The position numbers and the translations under genes were made by a program. Shown piece by piece: positions 12,841-24,974 of a stretch of 38,331 nucleotides of DNA (position 1 is the stretch's first letter; each line of letters begins with the position of its first letter). Source of the stretch: Octopus bimaculoides (Eukaryota); the NCBI RefSeq assembly GCF_001194135.2, contig NC_068985.1, forward strand, positions 51,082,150 through 51,120,480, in the 5' to 3' direction. The notes beneath the pieces were generated by a model. That model saw only the letters and a program-made list of their open reading frames with translations, was not told the origin of the DNA and searched no databases.

Positions 12841-13126
12841 TATGTTAGTCTTTACTTACTTGCATTGAGTTGGGCTGAATAGTATGTAATGTGTGGGTGT
12901 CAGTGCGGGAGCATGTATTTAAAAACATAACTGATATCTAGTTTTACAAGTTTCAGTATTTACATACAGTTAGTGTGTATGCACTGAATAAATTACTCAA
13001 TAATTGCAGAATCAAAACAATATCAATGGTAACTGTTTAGTTCAATATTTTCCTGATACTGGCATCCCAAACTGTTTGGAGAAGCCAGTTTAGGCAAAAC
13101 TTCAAAGCATACTATCAATATATATA

Positions 13127-13519
13127 GGCGCAGGAGTGGCTGTGTGGTAAGTAGCTTGCTTACCAACCACATGGTTCCGGGTTCAGTCCCACTGTGTGGC
13201 ACCTTGGGCAAGTGTCTTCTACTATAGCCTCGGGCCGACCAAAGCCTTGTGAGTGGATTTGGTAGACGGAAACTGAAAAGAAGCCTGTCATATATATGTA
13301 TATATATATGTATGTGTGTTTAGGTGTCTGTGTTTGTCCCCTCACCAGCGCTTGACAACCGATGCTGGTGTGTTTACGTCCCCGTAACTTAGCGGTTTGG
13401 CAAAAGAGACCGATAGAATAAGTACTAGGCTAACAAAGAATAAGTCCTGGGGTCGATTTGTTCGACTAAAGGCGGTACTCCAGCATGGCTGCAGTCAAAT
13501 GACTGAAACAAGTAAAAGA

Positions 13520-13520
<1 letters not shown>
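13127..13520 (+). mobile_element. Near-intact family-A tRNA-derived SINE inserted in a (TA)n tract
   Basis: A-box-like tggctgtgtgg, B-box-like ggttcagtccc (~13179-13190), central TA/TG run and 3' end gactgaaacaagtaaaagag. CpGs are retained and it is flanked by TA repeats. Confidence 0.92.
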
Positions 13521-13557
<37 letters not shown>

Positions 13558-14017
13558 ACACACTTCAAAATAGTTAGAGAGAAAGAAAAAGTCATACTTT
13601 TTCGTTCACTATTTAACATGCTTCTAAACTTGTCGGGGCTGAAGGCAGCAAATTATATATTTATATATATATGGATAGGGAGAGCAAGTGTATGTTTAGC
13701 CATCACTTGTACATGTAACTTGGTAGCTTGTAACATGCTTTTCCTAGTTGTTTTAAATAATTATGTACTTGTGACCCTCAGCCCTGTCATTCTTAACCTA
13801 GCAGGAATCAAAGACGTGACAACTGGGGAGAGAGAGATAGAGATAGAGGGAGAGTGTCACCATCAGTTGGCTGGTACTCATTATCAGCAGATTAGACTGA
13901 GCCATATGAAAGGAAATGCCTTTATGAGAATACAGCACACTACATACTCTAAGAATTAAACTCATGACTTTACACTCAAAAACACAGCATCCCAACCACA
14001 AGATCATTTGCATTCTT

Positions 14018-14066
<49 letters not shown>

Positions 14067-14074
14067 GACACATA

Positions 14075-14385
14075 AACTGGCACTCTGTCGGTTATGACAA
14101 GGGTTCCAGTTGATCTGATCAATGGAACAACCTGCTCATGAAGTTAGCATGCAACTAGCTGAGCACTCCACAGACACATAGTTCTCAGGGGAATTCAGCA
14201 TGACACAGAATTTGACAAAGCCGGCCCTTTGAAATACAAATACTACTCAGTTTTGCCAGCTGAGTGGACAGGAGCAACATGAAATAAAGTGTCTTGCTCA
14301 AGGACACAACACACCACCTAGAATAGAATTCATGATCTTAAGATTGTGAGTCGGATACCCTAACCATGAAGCTTCATGCCTTCAC
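14075..14385 (-). mobile_element. Family-C tRNA-headed SINE with V-domain-like core
   Basis: The minus strand has a tRNA-like head, then gtgtccttgagcaagacactttatttcatgttgctcc, which resembles the V-SINE core as I recall it. A second copy lies at 24975-25228. Confidence 0.8.
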
Positions 14386-14679
14386 ACATACACACACACA
14401 CACACACATGCCCACAAGCACACAAGTCAGACAAGAACATGTTAGGGTAGGGCAGAGATTTTTTATAACTGGATGCCCTTTCTGTAGCCACCTACTACTT
14501 GTTTTTAAGCAAAGTAATAATCCCTCTGCCAATCAAACAACCAGCAGCCCAGGCATGTTTTATGTGAAGAACTGGAAACAAATGACATCAATCATAAAGC
14601 CATTGTTTGCAAACAGTAAGTAAACATGAAGATGAAGAAGAGACGAACTCACTTATACAAACACACACACACACGCTCG

Positions 14680-14754
<75 letters not shown>

Positions 14755-14780
14755 GACTCTGTGTGTATGTGTGTGTGTGT
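14680..14780. repeat. (TA)n then (TG)n microsatellite
   Basis: Directly visible. Confidence 0.95.
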
Positions 14781-15049
14781 ATGCATATAGATGTCATAAA
14801 AATAATTCTTTTTTGGGAATAGTGGATCTCAAAGTAAATAAAACTATAAATAATAGCATATAATTATTGGGTTGAAAAAGTTTATAAATTTTTTTTCATG
14901 TCAGCAACATACAATTCTTGCTGGCAAGAATAAAGTTTAAAAAATGGATAGAGAAATCTGAAGGTTTGCATTGGAAAAGTAGTTGTTAAAATGATGATGA
15001 TGCTGATGCTACTAGTACAGACATTCATATGTGCATATATATATATATC

Positions 15050-15290
15050 TCATCATTATCATTACTTTAACATCCATGTTTCCATGCTTACATCGATTGG
15101 ACAGACTTCGTGGTGATAGATTTGCTATGGCTGGATGCCCTTCCTGTCATCAACCTTCATCTGTTTTAAAGTAAGATCATATTTTCTCCTGATCAGTTAT
15201 GTCTTCATTGAGGAGTGGATATGAAGAACACTACTTGCATGGTGGTAACACTAATTTGCAAGAAGATACTAATACACACACACACACACA
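15050..15290 (-). mobile_element. Decayed RTE-tail-type repeat
   Basis: tttaacatccatgtttccatgc...ggctggatgcccttcctgtc. Confidence 0.7.
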
Positions 15291-16649
15291 CACACGACTG
15301 TGTGCAAAATTCCACCTCAGGACAGTTTGACTCTGCTAGAATTTACATCTAAGTTGGGAGACCATTCAACTCTTTAAAATCTAGGAAATATTTCACTCTT
15401 TTAGGATTCATGAAATATCTCTGGACCAGTCCTTAGAGAGTCTGGCTACAAATCAGAAGCTTTGCTCTTGGTGACAATTCCATGTCATGTTAAACATGGC
15501 TTCATGATGCATATTTCATTGTATGAGTAATATTCTAATTTTCCATCTTTCCTAAGTGAGATCCTTAGAGTTTGACCAGTGCTTTTCAAGAGAGAGTCTG
15601 AAGCTTGAATTTGAAAATGTTTAGCACAATGTACGCATATCTCAAATCTTAGCTTTCTTGTTGTCAGGGTTGAAAATATTTTAATTTCATTTTTAAGTAA
15701 CTTGACTGTAGACATAAGTGACAGCAGGATACATATAACTACCCCTTTCACCTAGAGGATGCTTCTATGTAGGACATGCAAGAAATTTCCACCCAAATCA
15801 TATCCAGTTGGTTTTATAAAAAAAAAGAGAAAACATAATATAATATAATCCATGATATACTATGTCTGAAAAAAAAAAAAGACAAGATAATTATGGCTAG
15901 AATTCTTCTTGAATATAGAAACTAGGGATAAATAACAAAGGGTTGATTCTCACCCATCCACTGCTTTGACTAAACTTATTTACTTTCACCCAAATTTTAG
16001 TATTTTCAATAAACTGTAAACTGAACTGCCTAGTTTATAACTGAGAATCAAGTCGAAAATGGTGGGATTCTATTGGCTATTGACAGTTTGTTTTTAATAT
16101 TATCATAACATACTTTTAATATTATCATAACAGAAACCACGCTTTCAGCAGCAATGTTTAGTTAGAAGTAATCACCTTCTTTGAAAGGTGTAGTGAATAG
16201 ATGAATGCATTAAGCCAGAATGAATATTGAGCAGTCACAACACAATGAATCACTGTCTACATATCCAGACAGTAAACTAGATGTCCAGTCACTGAGATTG
16301 TGAGTGAGATTTAGAAAATAGGCAAATGGAACAGAACTGGAAACTATAAATAAAATAACTGTGAGAATGATCTAAATATAACAAGACCACCAGAAAAATA
16401 GACAATGGTTTTATGCAAATCACTTTTACACAATTCATCTTATTTGTATCGTACAATATATACTTATATATATATATATATATTTGTATAGACACAAGAG
16501 CATGCATATAGGTGTGAGTATATGTGTGCATGCACGTATGTGTGTGTGTGTGTGTGTGTGTGGAGAGAGAGAGAGAGAGAGAGAGCTCATGCATACATGA
16601 ACACATGCACACATTACACACACACTCACACACACACACACTATAATCA

Positions 16650-17720
16650 TTGTCATCATGATCATCACCATGATCATTATCATCACTTTATGTCTGCCTT
16701 CCATGCTGGGATGGGTTGGGTGAGTGGACAGGATCTGACAAAACAGATGACGACAGCATGCCCCATAGTCTCAGTTTTGGCATGGTATCTACATCCTGAT
16801 GCCGTTGCTAATGCCAACCAAATTACAAAGTGTAATGAGTGCATTTTTCATGGTATCAGCACTATTGGGGTCAGTTTGTAAGACTAAAGAACTGCCACAA
16901 CTGAAAGAATACGTGAGATGTGGGGTTAGGAGAGAGTGAAGTATAATAGGAAGACTAGATTTATTATTGTGAGAGATTGGTGGTGGGAAGTGTAACAGAG
17001 TAGATATTGTTGGCAGAGGGAGTATGGAAGATACACAGATAAAGAGGATGAGAAGGAATTGAGTCAGTGATTTCCTGGAAAGAGAGAGAAGGACAAAGGA
17101 GTAGGCTGATTAAGGTGGTTTGTGTAGTGAGCATCCAATGCTATCCCATGTTATAAGGATGAATATGAGTGGAAGGTGAGGGAGGAATGTGCCGTGACAT
17201 AGAGAGGGACATGAGGGCAATGTGAATCAGGAGAGGATGTGGGGAAAGAGACACTGTAGATTAAGAGAGAAGTAGAGGAATTGCAGAGAGTATAGGAGGG
17301 GAAATGAGAGTATGCTGAGGAAACAGAAACTGCGAGGAGAGAGCAGGGAGAGAAAGAGAGGCTGCGATAGTGGAGCAGTAGGTGAATACAGTGAAAGTAA
17401 TGAGAGAAAAGAGAGGCTGAAAGGCAACAGGAGTGGCAGGAGAGGAGATGATGAATGCAATTAAAGCATTCCAAGAGAAAGGAAGTGGGGTAGAATGGGT
17501 CGATACATCAAGAGCATCCCAGACTCTAGCCACTCTCTTTGTTAGAATTCTCTCTACATGCATGCCCAAAAGAAAGGGTTTTCTCTAATCCATCAAGTTA
17601 CCAATTGTCAATGTCCCTAGTAATTTTTTTTTTTGTAAGGTCTAGCATCATGAGATCAGTTTTCACCACCACATCCCATGTTGTTGGGAAGCAAACTTCT
17701 TACCACACAACCATACCAGG
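16650..17720 (-). mobile_element. Composite element: SINE head, RTE C-terminus, pyrimidine-rich UTR and RTE tail
   Basis: On the minus strand: SINE-A head (17719-17676), WDVVVKTDLMMLDL...LEKT, a ~600-bp pyrimidine-rich tract, then the tail ending in (GAT)n near 16660. Confidence 0.7.
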
Positions 17721-17849
17721 TAATCAAAAACTGTTGATTGAAATACAGTTTACTTTTAACAGTTGACAACAAAAAGAAAAGAAAAAAAGGAAAAACTATT
17801 GATTTACATAACAGTTGCTCAAATCAGTAATTAATCAAATAATAGCAAA

Positions 17850-18032
17850 TAAAAGCACCCACTACACTCTCGGAGTGGTTGGCGTTAGGAAGGGCATCCA
17901 GCTGTAGAAACTCTGCCAAATTAGATTGGAGCCTGGTGTAGCCATCTGGTTCACCAGTCCTCAGTCAAATCGTCCAACCCATGCTAGCATGGAAAGCGGA
18001 TGTTAAACGATGATGATGATGATAATGATGAT
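17850..18032 (+). mobile_element. Young 5'-truncated RTE 3' tail with (GAT)n; older copy follows at 18055-18200
   Basis: CpG-retaining cggagtggttggcgttaggaagggcatccagctgtagaaac...gatgttaaacgatgatgatgat. Confidence 0.9.
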
Positions 18033-18929
18033 TTAAATATTATATACTGTAATGTAGTTTGCATCAGGAAGGGCATCCATCCATAGAAACTATGCCAAAG
18101 CTGATTCTGGAATTTGGTGCAGCTCTGCAGCTTGTTAGATCCTGTCAAACTGTCTAATCTATGTCAGCATGGAAAATGAATGTTAAATGGTAATGATGGT
18201 TTAAAAGTATATTTTTTAAAAAGTTGTTAAATTATCACGTTTTATTAAAATAATGTTTCTTTAATTAAAATGTAAAAACCAGCATAGTTTATGAATGTGT
18301 GTGTCTGTATCATGTTTGTATTCACAATCTAAAAATCGGTGTCCTTTGTCTGTAAACATAGACGTGACAGACACACATATACACAAGCACACATGTATGT
18401 GCGTATGCTGTTATAATGTGAGATTCTAATATGTTTTTATAACTTTGTTTAACAGCCAATTTCTTTGTACAGTAAAAACATTAGCACCATTTTCAGTTAT
18501 TGATTCAGTTATCACAGATTGTGAACCAGCAACGATAAAGGTCACAAAGGGACATTAACATAAACTATACCAGATTTCCAACTACAAGCATGATAAACAC
18601 ATAGCCTTTTATTCTTTTATTCCATTATTTGCTTCAATTATTGAATTACATCCATGGTGGGACACCACTTTGAAGGGGTTAAGTGAGTAAATCAATATCA
18701 ATACTTATTTTAAGACTGGTGATTTGATTTTATTGGTCACTTTTTGCTGAACTGCTTAGATACAAGGATCTAAACAAACCAATTCCAATTGTCATATAGT
18801 AGGGAACTAACATGAAACAAAAAGATGTGTATTTGCACACACACACATGCATACATACACATACGCATATATACATATGTACACACACACACATGCACAC
18901 ACACACGCACACACACACAGTCATTTTTA

Positions 18930-19640
18930 CTCCTCAGCCAATTCCAGATTCTTACCAATCTTCCTCCCTGACCATTCCTTGACATTGCTCAAGCACCCAT
19001 TTGTATTTTGTCCATACGTTACCATATTCAGCAAGACTAAGAGCTCATGGTGTTATGTCACATGACCAAGCCATTTCATTTTCTTTCTTTTGACAATTGA
19101 CAGAAACAAGAACTTCAAAGTTTATTATTTTCCCAACAATTTCTTTCCTAACATTCTGGTTACTTCAATTCTCTATATATGGAGTGCAAATCATCTTTTT
19201 CTCACATTTCATTTCAAAGGCCATGATCATTTTCCTTTCACTATTCAACATTCATAACTTACACCCAGAGAGCTACAGCAGAGATAAAATTACAATTGCA
19301 CTTAAAAAATGAATTTTTGTTGTTGTAATTTTTTTTATGTTTCTAATCATGGTCTAATTTTGCAAGTTATTCTAGCTGCTGCATTCTGACATTTTATTTC
19401 TTTCTTTGATTTCATATATTTTGCTATCATTTTCCCAACAACATTAAAACTCATCTATTTGTCTGAGTATTTTACTTTACTATTTCAACTGAATTGTTTA
19501 TTTTCTTTCTGGTATTTGTTGTCATTTTTCTCAGCACATATTTCCATTCTATATTTTGTTGCAATTGTAATGAAGAAGACTTGTTAAATCTCTTATGACA
19601 TTATGTATATAAAATAAACTTCTGTTTTCACTCTTAAAAT
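18930..19640 (-). mobile_element. RTE LINE C-terminal remnant
   Basis: Minus strand MIMAFEMKC.K...IVKRKKMKWLGHVT...NVKEWSGRKI. Confidence 0.75.
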
Positions 19641-19808
19641 TTAACTGCAATTACAGCACTGTGGAGAGAGTAAAATTGAATTAATTAGAATATGTGTGGC
19701 TCAGCTCAGTTTAACGGTTATGAAACTTGTTTTGCAATTTCAAGATCCCAGGTTTAATCATCTTGCATAAGTGACAAAAGATTTAAGAAATAGAAAAATT
19801 AAAATTTC

Positions 19809-19809
<1 letters not shown>

Positions 19810-19865
<56 letters not shown>

Positions 19866-19990
19866 TCATCATCATCATCTAATGACCATTTTCCATGCTG
19901 GTATAGTTCAACAAGAGCTGGTGAACCAAACGAATGTACAAAACTCTACTGTCTGCTTTGGCATAGTTTCTGTGGCTGGATGCCTTATCA
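19810..19990 (-). repeat. (TA)n followed by a minus-strand RTE-type tail
   Basis: (TA)n, (CAT)n, then accattttccatgctgg...ggctggatgcc. Confidence 0.8.
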
Positions 19991-20029
19991 TGATTTTTCG
20001 AGATCTGAGTTTTCCGACCCAAACCAATT

Positions 20030-21980
20030 ACTTTTATTTTGCCTTCTAACATGGGCTTTGAGTGATTATAGAGACTCAGATTTGTTTGAAACATTTGATG
20101 ACAATCTTTGCACTGGATTTTTGAGAGTTTTTTCATTTATGGTGGATGACTTTTTCCTTCTCATCACCTGTCTCATGTGCTCCTTGTCTTTTCTGTCCTG
20201 TTCAAACAGTTTGCAAGACAAGACAGGTGAGATTCTTCTATTGCTCTCTACCCCCTATGACAATCCTGATTTTCTTTGGTTGGATACTTCCTGAAGAAGA
20301 ATCTTACTTGTGGTCTTCCACTAAGATGTTTTCCCATTGCCAGTTTAGAATAAAAGATGGTCTTCAGGAGTCATTCATTGTCTATTCTTTGAACAAGGTC
20401 AATTCAACATAACTGATGACTAAATATCATGATGATCCTCAATGTTTTGTCACTTATACTTGTTCCAGGACAAAGGTGTTCAACTTTTTTTACCACTTAA
20501 TACCTAGAAGTGAGCAAAATAAGTTTGATTGGCAGAATTGCTACAGCTGTTTGATGTGACAGCAATAATATGTCCATATCTTGCAAACATAAAGAAATGT
20601 ACAGATAACTAGCTTGCTGGTAGTTTTGAGTTCGTGGTTCTTGAAGACTCTTTGGTAAAGCATTCTATATGAAGAATGAACTGCAAGTATCCTGTTGGTG
20701 GTCTCATTGTTTGTGACTGCATTTGAAGATAAGATGGGATAAAGATATGGAATGTAGGAGACCTGTTTGATTGGGTTGTTTCATTGGGTGGGCCTTAGAG
20801 TAGATTGGTACAGGTTGTGAGTATTGTTGATGTTAACTGTTAGGTTGTAATTTTTATATGTTGAGACTAATAAGAGTCACTTATTTGTTGGATGTGAATT
20901 TGGTCATGACTGGGTACAGCATTGTCAGCTGCATGTTACAACTCTGAAATGGTGTTGGTTGATATATTAATCTTTGAGAAGAATTGGCTTCAATTGAAGA
21001 CACCTTCATCATACCTAATTATTAGTTTCACATATAAAGAAGTCTCATTTTCATTTACAGCAACTAGATAAATGACACAAGTAAGTGAGAAGAGGATTGG
21101 TGCAAGGATGTCCACTTGCTTCACACCAGTTTTGACTTCAAATGATGGTAATGCTGATTGTTTTGAGAATACTGAAAACTTCCTATTGTCATAAAGCGAG
21201 TGAATGATGGCAAGGAATTTTGGTGGAATGTCTACTTCCTGAAGTATTTTCAATGGTATTTTACAGCACATGCTGTAAAACACCATGGAATCATAGAACA
21301 AATAGCATGGTGTTCTTGGGATTTTTCTTGCAGTTGATGAAAAGCAAAGCTCATGTATGTGCCACATCCAGAATATTTGAATATTTGTAGGAGACTTTCT
21401 TATAAGATTCTTGCAAAGATTTTTCCAGCTGTGTAATGAAAAGCTGTGAAATTTCTCTATTCCACTCAATCTCCTTTCTTAAAAATTATTACAATTTTTT
21501 TAATCAAAGAAATATCATGTCAGAGGAAATATGTCTCTCCTAGATTTGAAGTATGAAAGGATGCAATCAGGTAATCAGTAATTGTCCACCTTTGTTGAAA
21601 ATACCAGCAGGAATATTGTCTGGCCTGGAGATTTGTTATTTATTTTATCAATGAGTGTTTTAACCTCAGTGAGAGTTGGAGACAATGATGCTCAAGAAGA
21701 AGGGAAAATTGTGGAATCAGTTGATGGCGGTAGTGTTGATGTTAGTTGAGTAGCTGAGAAGACTGAAAATATTCCATCTAATGGTAAAGGATATCAGGTT
21801 CATCTTTTGAGACTGTTGATCCACTTAATGAACTGAATGAAGTTACAATAGACAAAAGAAGGCCATAGATGATTTTGATTTTACTTGCTAATGGTAAATC
21901 TGAGAAACTTTGATGCATTTTTGGTCAGTGTTTTCTTTAAGTTGATCTACTACTCTTCAATGCATTCTTGTAACTCTGGT
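20030..21980 (-). mobile_element. RTE LINE, long decayed RT region with C-terminal zinc-finger-like motif
   Basis: FEVKTGVKQVDILAPILFSL (the RT GVxQGxxLxP motif), a degenerate YADD near 20930, and C-terminal QCKDCHQMFQTNLSLYNH. Confidence 0.88.
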
Positions 21981-21985
21981 TCTTC

Positions 21986-22344
21986 ATGATTTAACTATAT
22001 GAAACTTGTCAACAGCTTTATTGATGTCGTCAGCATTTTTACTGATCTTCACCCTCAACCTTCTACTTAGTTCATTCTCCCTGTCTCAATAAATCATTAC
22101 TTTCCCCCACCTTCTCGCATGTTTTTGTTCCATTTTTACATGTAAACAACTTTATAAGATGTACTCTTAACCTCTACTTCATGTCAGCAACACCACGTGA
22201 TTAGTACAAATATTATAGTTGCTGTTGTGGAAACTAAGCAAGTTTTTGCCACCTGGCTTTCACTATACTAAGTCAGTCAGCCTGTTTGTTAAGCAAATAA
22301 ACAAAGCACGTAATCCACATTCTGTATGGAGTCACCACACACGC
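21986..22344 (-). repeat. Copy 1 of a ~360-bp inverted pair (partner 24146-24506)
   Basis: The reverse complement aligns colinearly with 24146-24506, roughly 80% identical by eye. Confidence 0.9.
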
Positions 22345-22349
22345 TCTAA

Positions 22350-22570
22350 TGGATATTAGTGCAGCAGCTGTCCTACTCTAGAACTAGGTTTATTTCAAGA
22401 TGGACAAACTCGCCCTGTCACAAGCTCATTGTTGGGAATCAGTAGTGTCACCTGCAAACTCCTCTCTAGTGACTAAGCTTGCTGCTGCTGCTGGTCTGCA
22501 ACTGCTTGTTTGGCTGAGCCTTATTTACAGCCAACCTCCATTATTTGAAGGCCACTCCACTATCCATCAC
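22350..22570 (-). mobile_element. RTE C-terminal remnant
   Basis: Frameshifted WRLAVNK...C D..GRVCPS...SRVGQLLH, resembling the RTE terminal CxxC..SRxGL.SH motif. Confidence 0.55.
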
Positions 22571-23193
22571 CTGTAAATATACATGAGTGTGCGCGCGCAC
22601 GTGTGTGTGCATGTGTGTGTGTGTGTGTGCATGTGTGTATGTGTGTGTGTGATGATGATGAAGGTGATGGATAATGATGATGATTCTTGTAGCAGCTTTG
22701 CTGTTTCCAGCATGAAACCTCACAAATTGCAAATAAACTTTGAAAAACAACACATATTGCCCACAATGCATTGAGTACTTGTTTTGATTTGCAAGCATCA
22801 TAGCTCCACCAATAAAGATACTCATACTACTATATATATACATATACACGTACATGCATATAGACATACATAAATAGATTTTCTTTTATTCTTTTATTTG
22901 TTTTAGTCAATTTGACTGTTGCACCACCTTGAAGAGTTTTTGGTTCATCAAATCTTGCTCAGTACTTATTCAAAATCTGATGCTTATTTTATCAATCATT
23001 TTTTTTTTGCATGCATACACACAGATGCACACAGACACACACACACATACACACAATGGGTTTCCACACAGTTTCCATCAACCAGATTCATTTACAAGGC
23101 ATTGATCCACCTGGGGCTAGTTGAGAGATGCAGTAGTTACAAAGGTTTTTACCTACAAATAAATTTATATACAGAGGAGAGAGAGAGAGAGAA

Positions 23194-23239
<46 letters not shown>

Positions 23240-23689
23240 NNNNNNNNNNNNNNNNNNNNNNNNNNNNNNNNNNNNNNNNNNNNNNNNNNNNNNNNNNNNN
23301 NNNNNNNNNNNNNNNNNNNNNNNNNNNNNNNNNNNNNNNNNNNNNNNNNNNNNNNNNNNNNNNNNNNNNNNNNNNNNNNNNNNNNNNNNNNNNNNNNNNN
23401 NNNNNNNNNNNNNNNNNNNNNNNNNNNNNNNNNNNNNNNNNNNNNNNNNNNNNNNNNNNNNNNNNNNNNNNNNNNNNNNNNNNNNNNNNNNNNNNNNNNN
23501 NNNNNNNNNNNNNNNNNNNNNNNNNNNNNNNNNNNNNNNNNNNNNNNNNNNNNNNNNNNNNNNNNNNNNNNNNNNNNNNNNNNNNNNNNNNNNNNNNNNN
23601 NNNNNNNNNNNNNNNNNNNNNNNNNNNNNNNNNNNNNNNNNNNNNNNNNNNNNNNNNNNNNNNNNNNNNNNNNNNNNNNNNATATATAT

Positions 23690-23752
23690 ATATATACATA
23701 TATACAACGGGCTTCTTTCAGTTTCCGTCTACCAAATCCACTAACAAAGCTT
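23690..23752 (-). mobile_element. Young partial family-A SINE
   Basis: caacgggcttctttcagtttccgtctaccaaatccact is the reverse complement of 13250-13290. Confidence 0.85.
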
Positions 23753-23835
23753 ACCCCCATTCCAACCGTAATCGAACAGACCGATGATCAATAACGCTAC
23801 AGCCGTCTGCATTTCGTCATTTGAAATATACTTAC

Positions 23836-23865
23836 AGCGTTACATCGTTAAATGCGTTCTTCACA
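23836..23865 (-). CDS. Candidate 30-nt exon (VKNAFNDVTL), or the 3' part of a non-coding first exon
   Basis: Acceptor ctcgacag, donor CT|GTAAGT. Phase 2 to 2, compatible with the 25356-25458 exon. Confidence 0.3.
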
Positions 23866-23873
23866 CTGTCGAG

Positions 23874-24102
23874 CAGTGATTTTCAACCATTTAAAAACCT
23901 ATGGACCCCTCTGACTCCTATTTTACTCGGGTGGACCCTCATAAACATTCGATGTTTAGAAAATCCTATAATATTTTTATAATTAAATATTATTAGGAAT
24001 TATATTTAAAAAATTTGTGAATTGTAGATGTATATCCAATTTATTACACAAAATTTTATATGGACCCTCAAAGGTCATATGGACCTCGGTTGAAAACCAT
24101 TG
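23874..24102. mobile_element. hAT-superfamily MITE
   Basis: 15-bp TIRs CAGTGATTTTCAACC / GGTTGAAAACCATTG. 8-bp TSD CTGTCGAG (23866-23873) versus CTGTAGAG (24103-24110). Subterminal ggaccc motifs. Confidence 0.92.
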
Positions 24103-24145
24103 CTGTAGAGTGTGATTTGTGGAAAAATTTCGCTGCAGAGTAAGT

Positions 24146-24506
24146 GCGTCGTGACTCCATATAAAATGTGGGTTACGTGCTTTGTTTATTTTGCTTAACA
24201 AACAGGCTGACTGACTTAGCAGCACAGTGATAACCAGGTGGCAAAAGCTTGTGAAGTTTCCATAATAATAACTGCAGTATTTACACTATTCACGTGGTGT
24301 ATGTTGGCATGAAGTAGAAGCTACGAGTACTTGCTAGAAAGTTGTTTACAAGTAAAAAAGGAACAAAAACATGCGAGAAGGTGGGGGAAGGTAAAGATTA
24401 ACTGAGAGAGGAAAGAGTGAACTGAGTAGAAATTGAAGGTGAAGGTTAAATAAAAATGCTGACGACATCAGTAAGGCTGTTGACGGGTTACAAGTAGCTA
24501 AATCAT
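24146..24506 (+). repeat. Copy 2 of the ~360-bp inverted pair
   Basis: Matches the reverse complement of 21986-22344. Confidence 0.9.
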
Positions 24507-24805
24507 ATCGAGCGCTCTAGCATGCTCCCCCCCCCCACCTCTACAAATTTAATTTCTANNNNNNNNNNAATCATATCGAGCGCTCTAGCTTGCTCCCCCC
24601 CCCCACCTCTACAAATTTAATTTCTAGGGTTTAAAGGTATCTATTTCCTCGTTTTCCGAGGGACTGATAAAAACAGGACTATGTTTCTTTTTAAAAGCAT
24701 GTATGCACGTATGTGCGTGTCTGCATGCACGTACATATGTATGACTACAGATGTATGGATTATTATCTAGTTAACATCCAGTACAACGACATTCATTTAC
24801 AATAA

Positions 24806-24863
24806 TCATGTAATGTCAAGACAAGGAGATAACAAACGTTGTTCCCAGGTAGTCCCATTCACT
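24806..24863 (-). CDS. Candidate terminal coding exon of unidentified gene Y (R-VNGTTWEQRLLSPCLDIT*)
   Basis: Acceptor caactttactccttag and phase 2, matching the upstream exon. The last codons and the stop resemble a repeat remnant, which weakens the call. Confidence 0.3.
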
Positions 24864-24974
24864 CTAAGGAGTAAAGTTGAACACAGAATAGTAAACTAAG
24901 TAAACCACTCAATTTTAATTAACACCGTTTATTTATTTATTCCTTAATTATCCTGACACCCTATTGTGGAATTA

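Larger units (their letters stand above)
23700..24950. promoter_or_regulatory. CpG-retaining island, possible unmethylated promoter region
   Basis: CpG dinucleotides are visibly dense relative to the CpG-depleted flanks. Outward-facing GTAAGT donors sit at 23835 (-) and 24140 (+). Confidence 0.4.

Noticed and set aside
13127-13200. tRNA-like A/B boxes
   Set aside because: These are SINE heads, not tRNA genes. No CRISPR or rRNA features were seen anywhere.
15485-15751. 88-aa minus-strand ORF
   Set aside because: No recognisable family or good donor. Possibly a decayed LINE linker, but I could not support either call.
22400-22576. 58-aa plus-strand ORF with poly-Ala, and a strong minus-strand acceptor
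   Set aside because: Better explained as the antisense of an RTE C-terminal remnant. All minus frames stop soon after the acceptor.
24500-24625. ~58-bp tandem repeat around a 10-N gap (also 37146-37256)
   Set aside because: Contig-overlap artefact. The single mismatch suggests two alleles.
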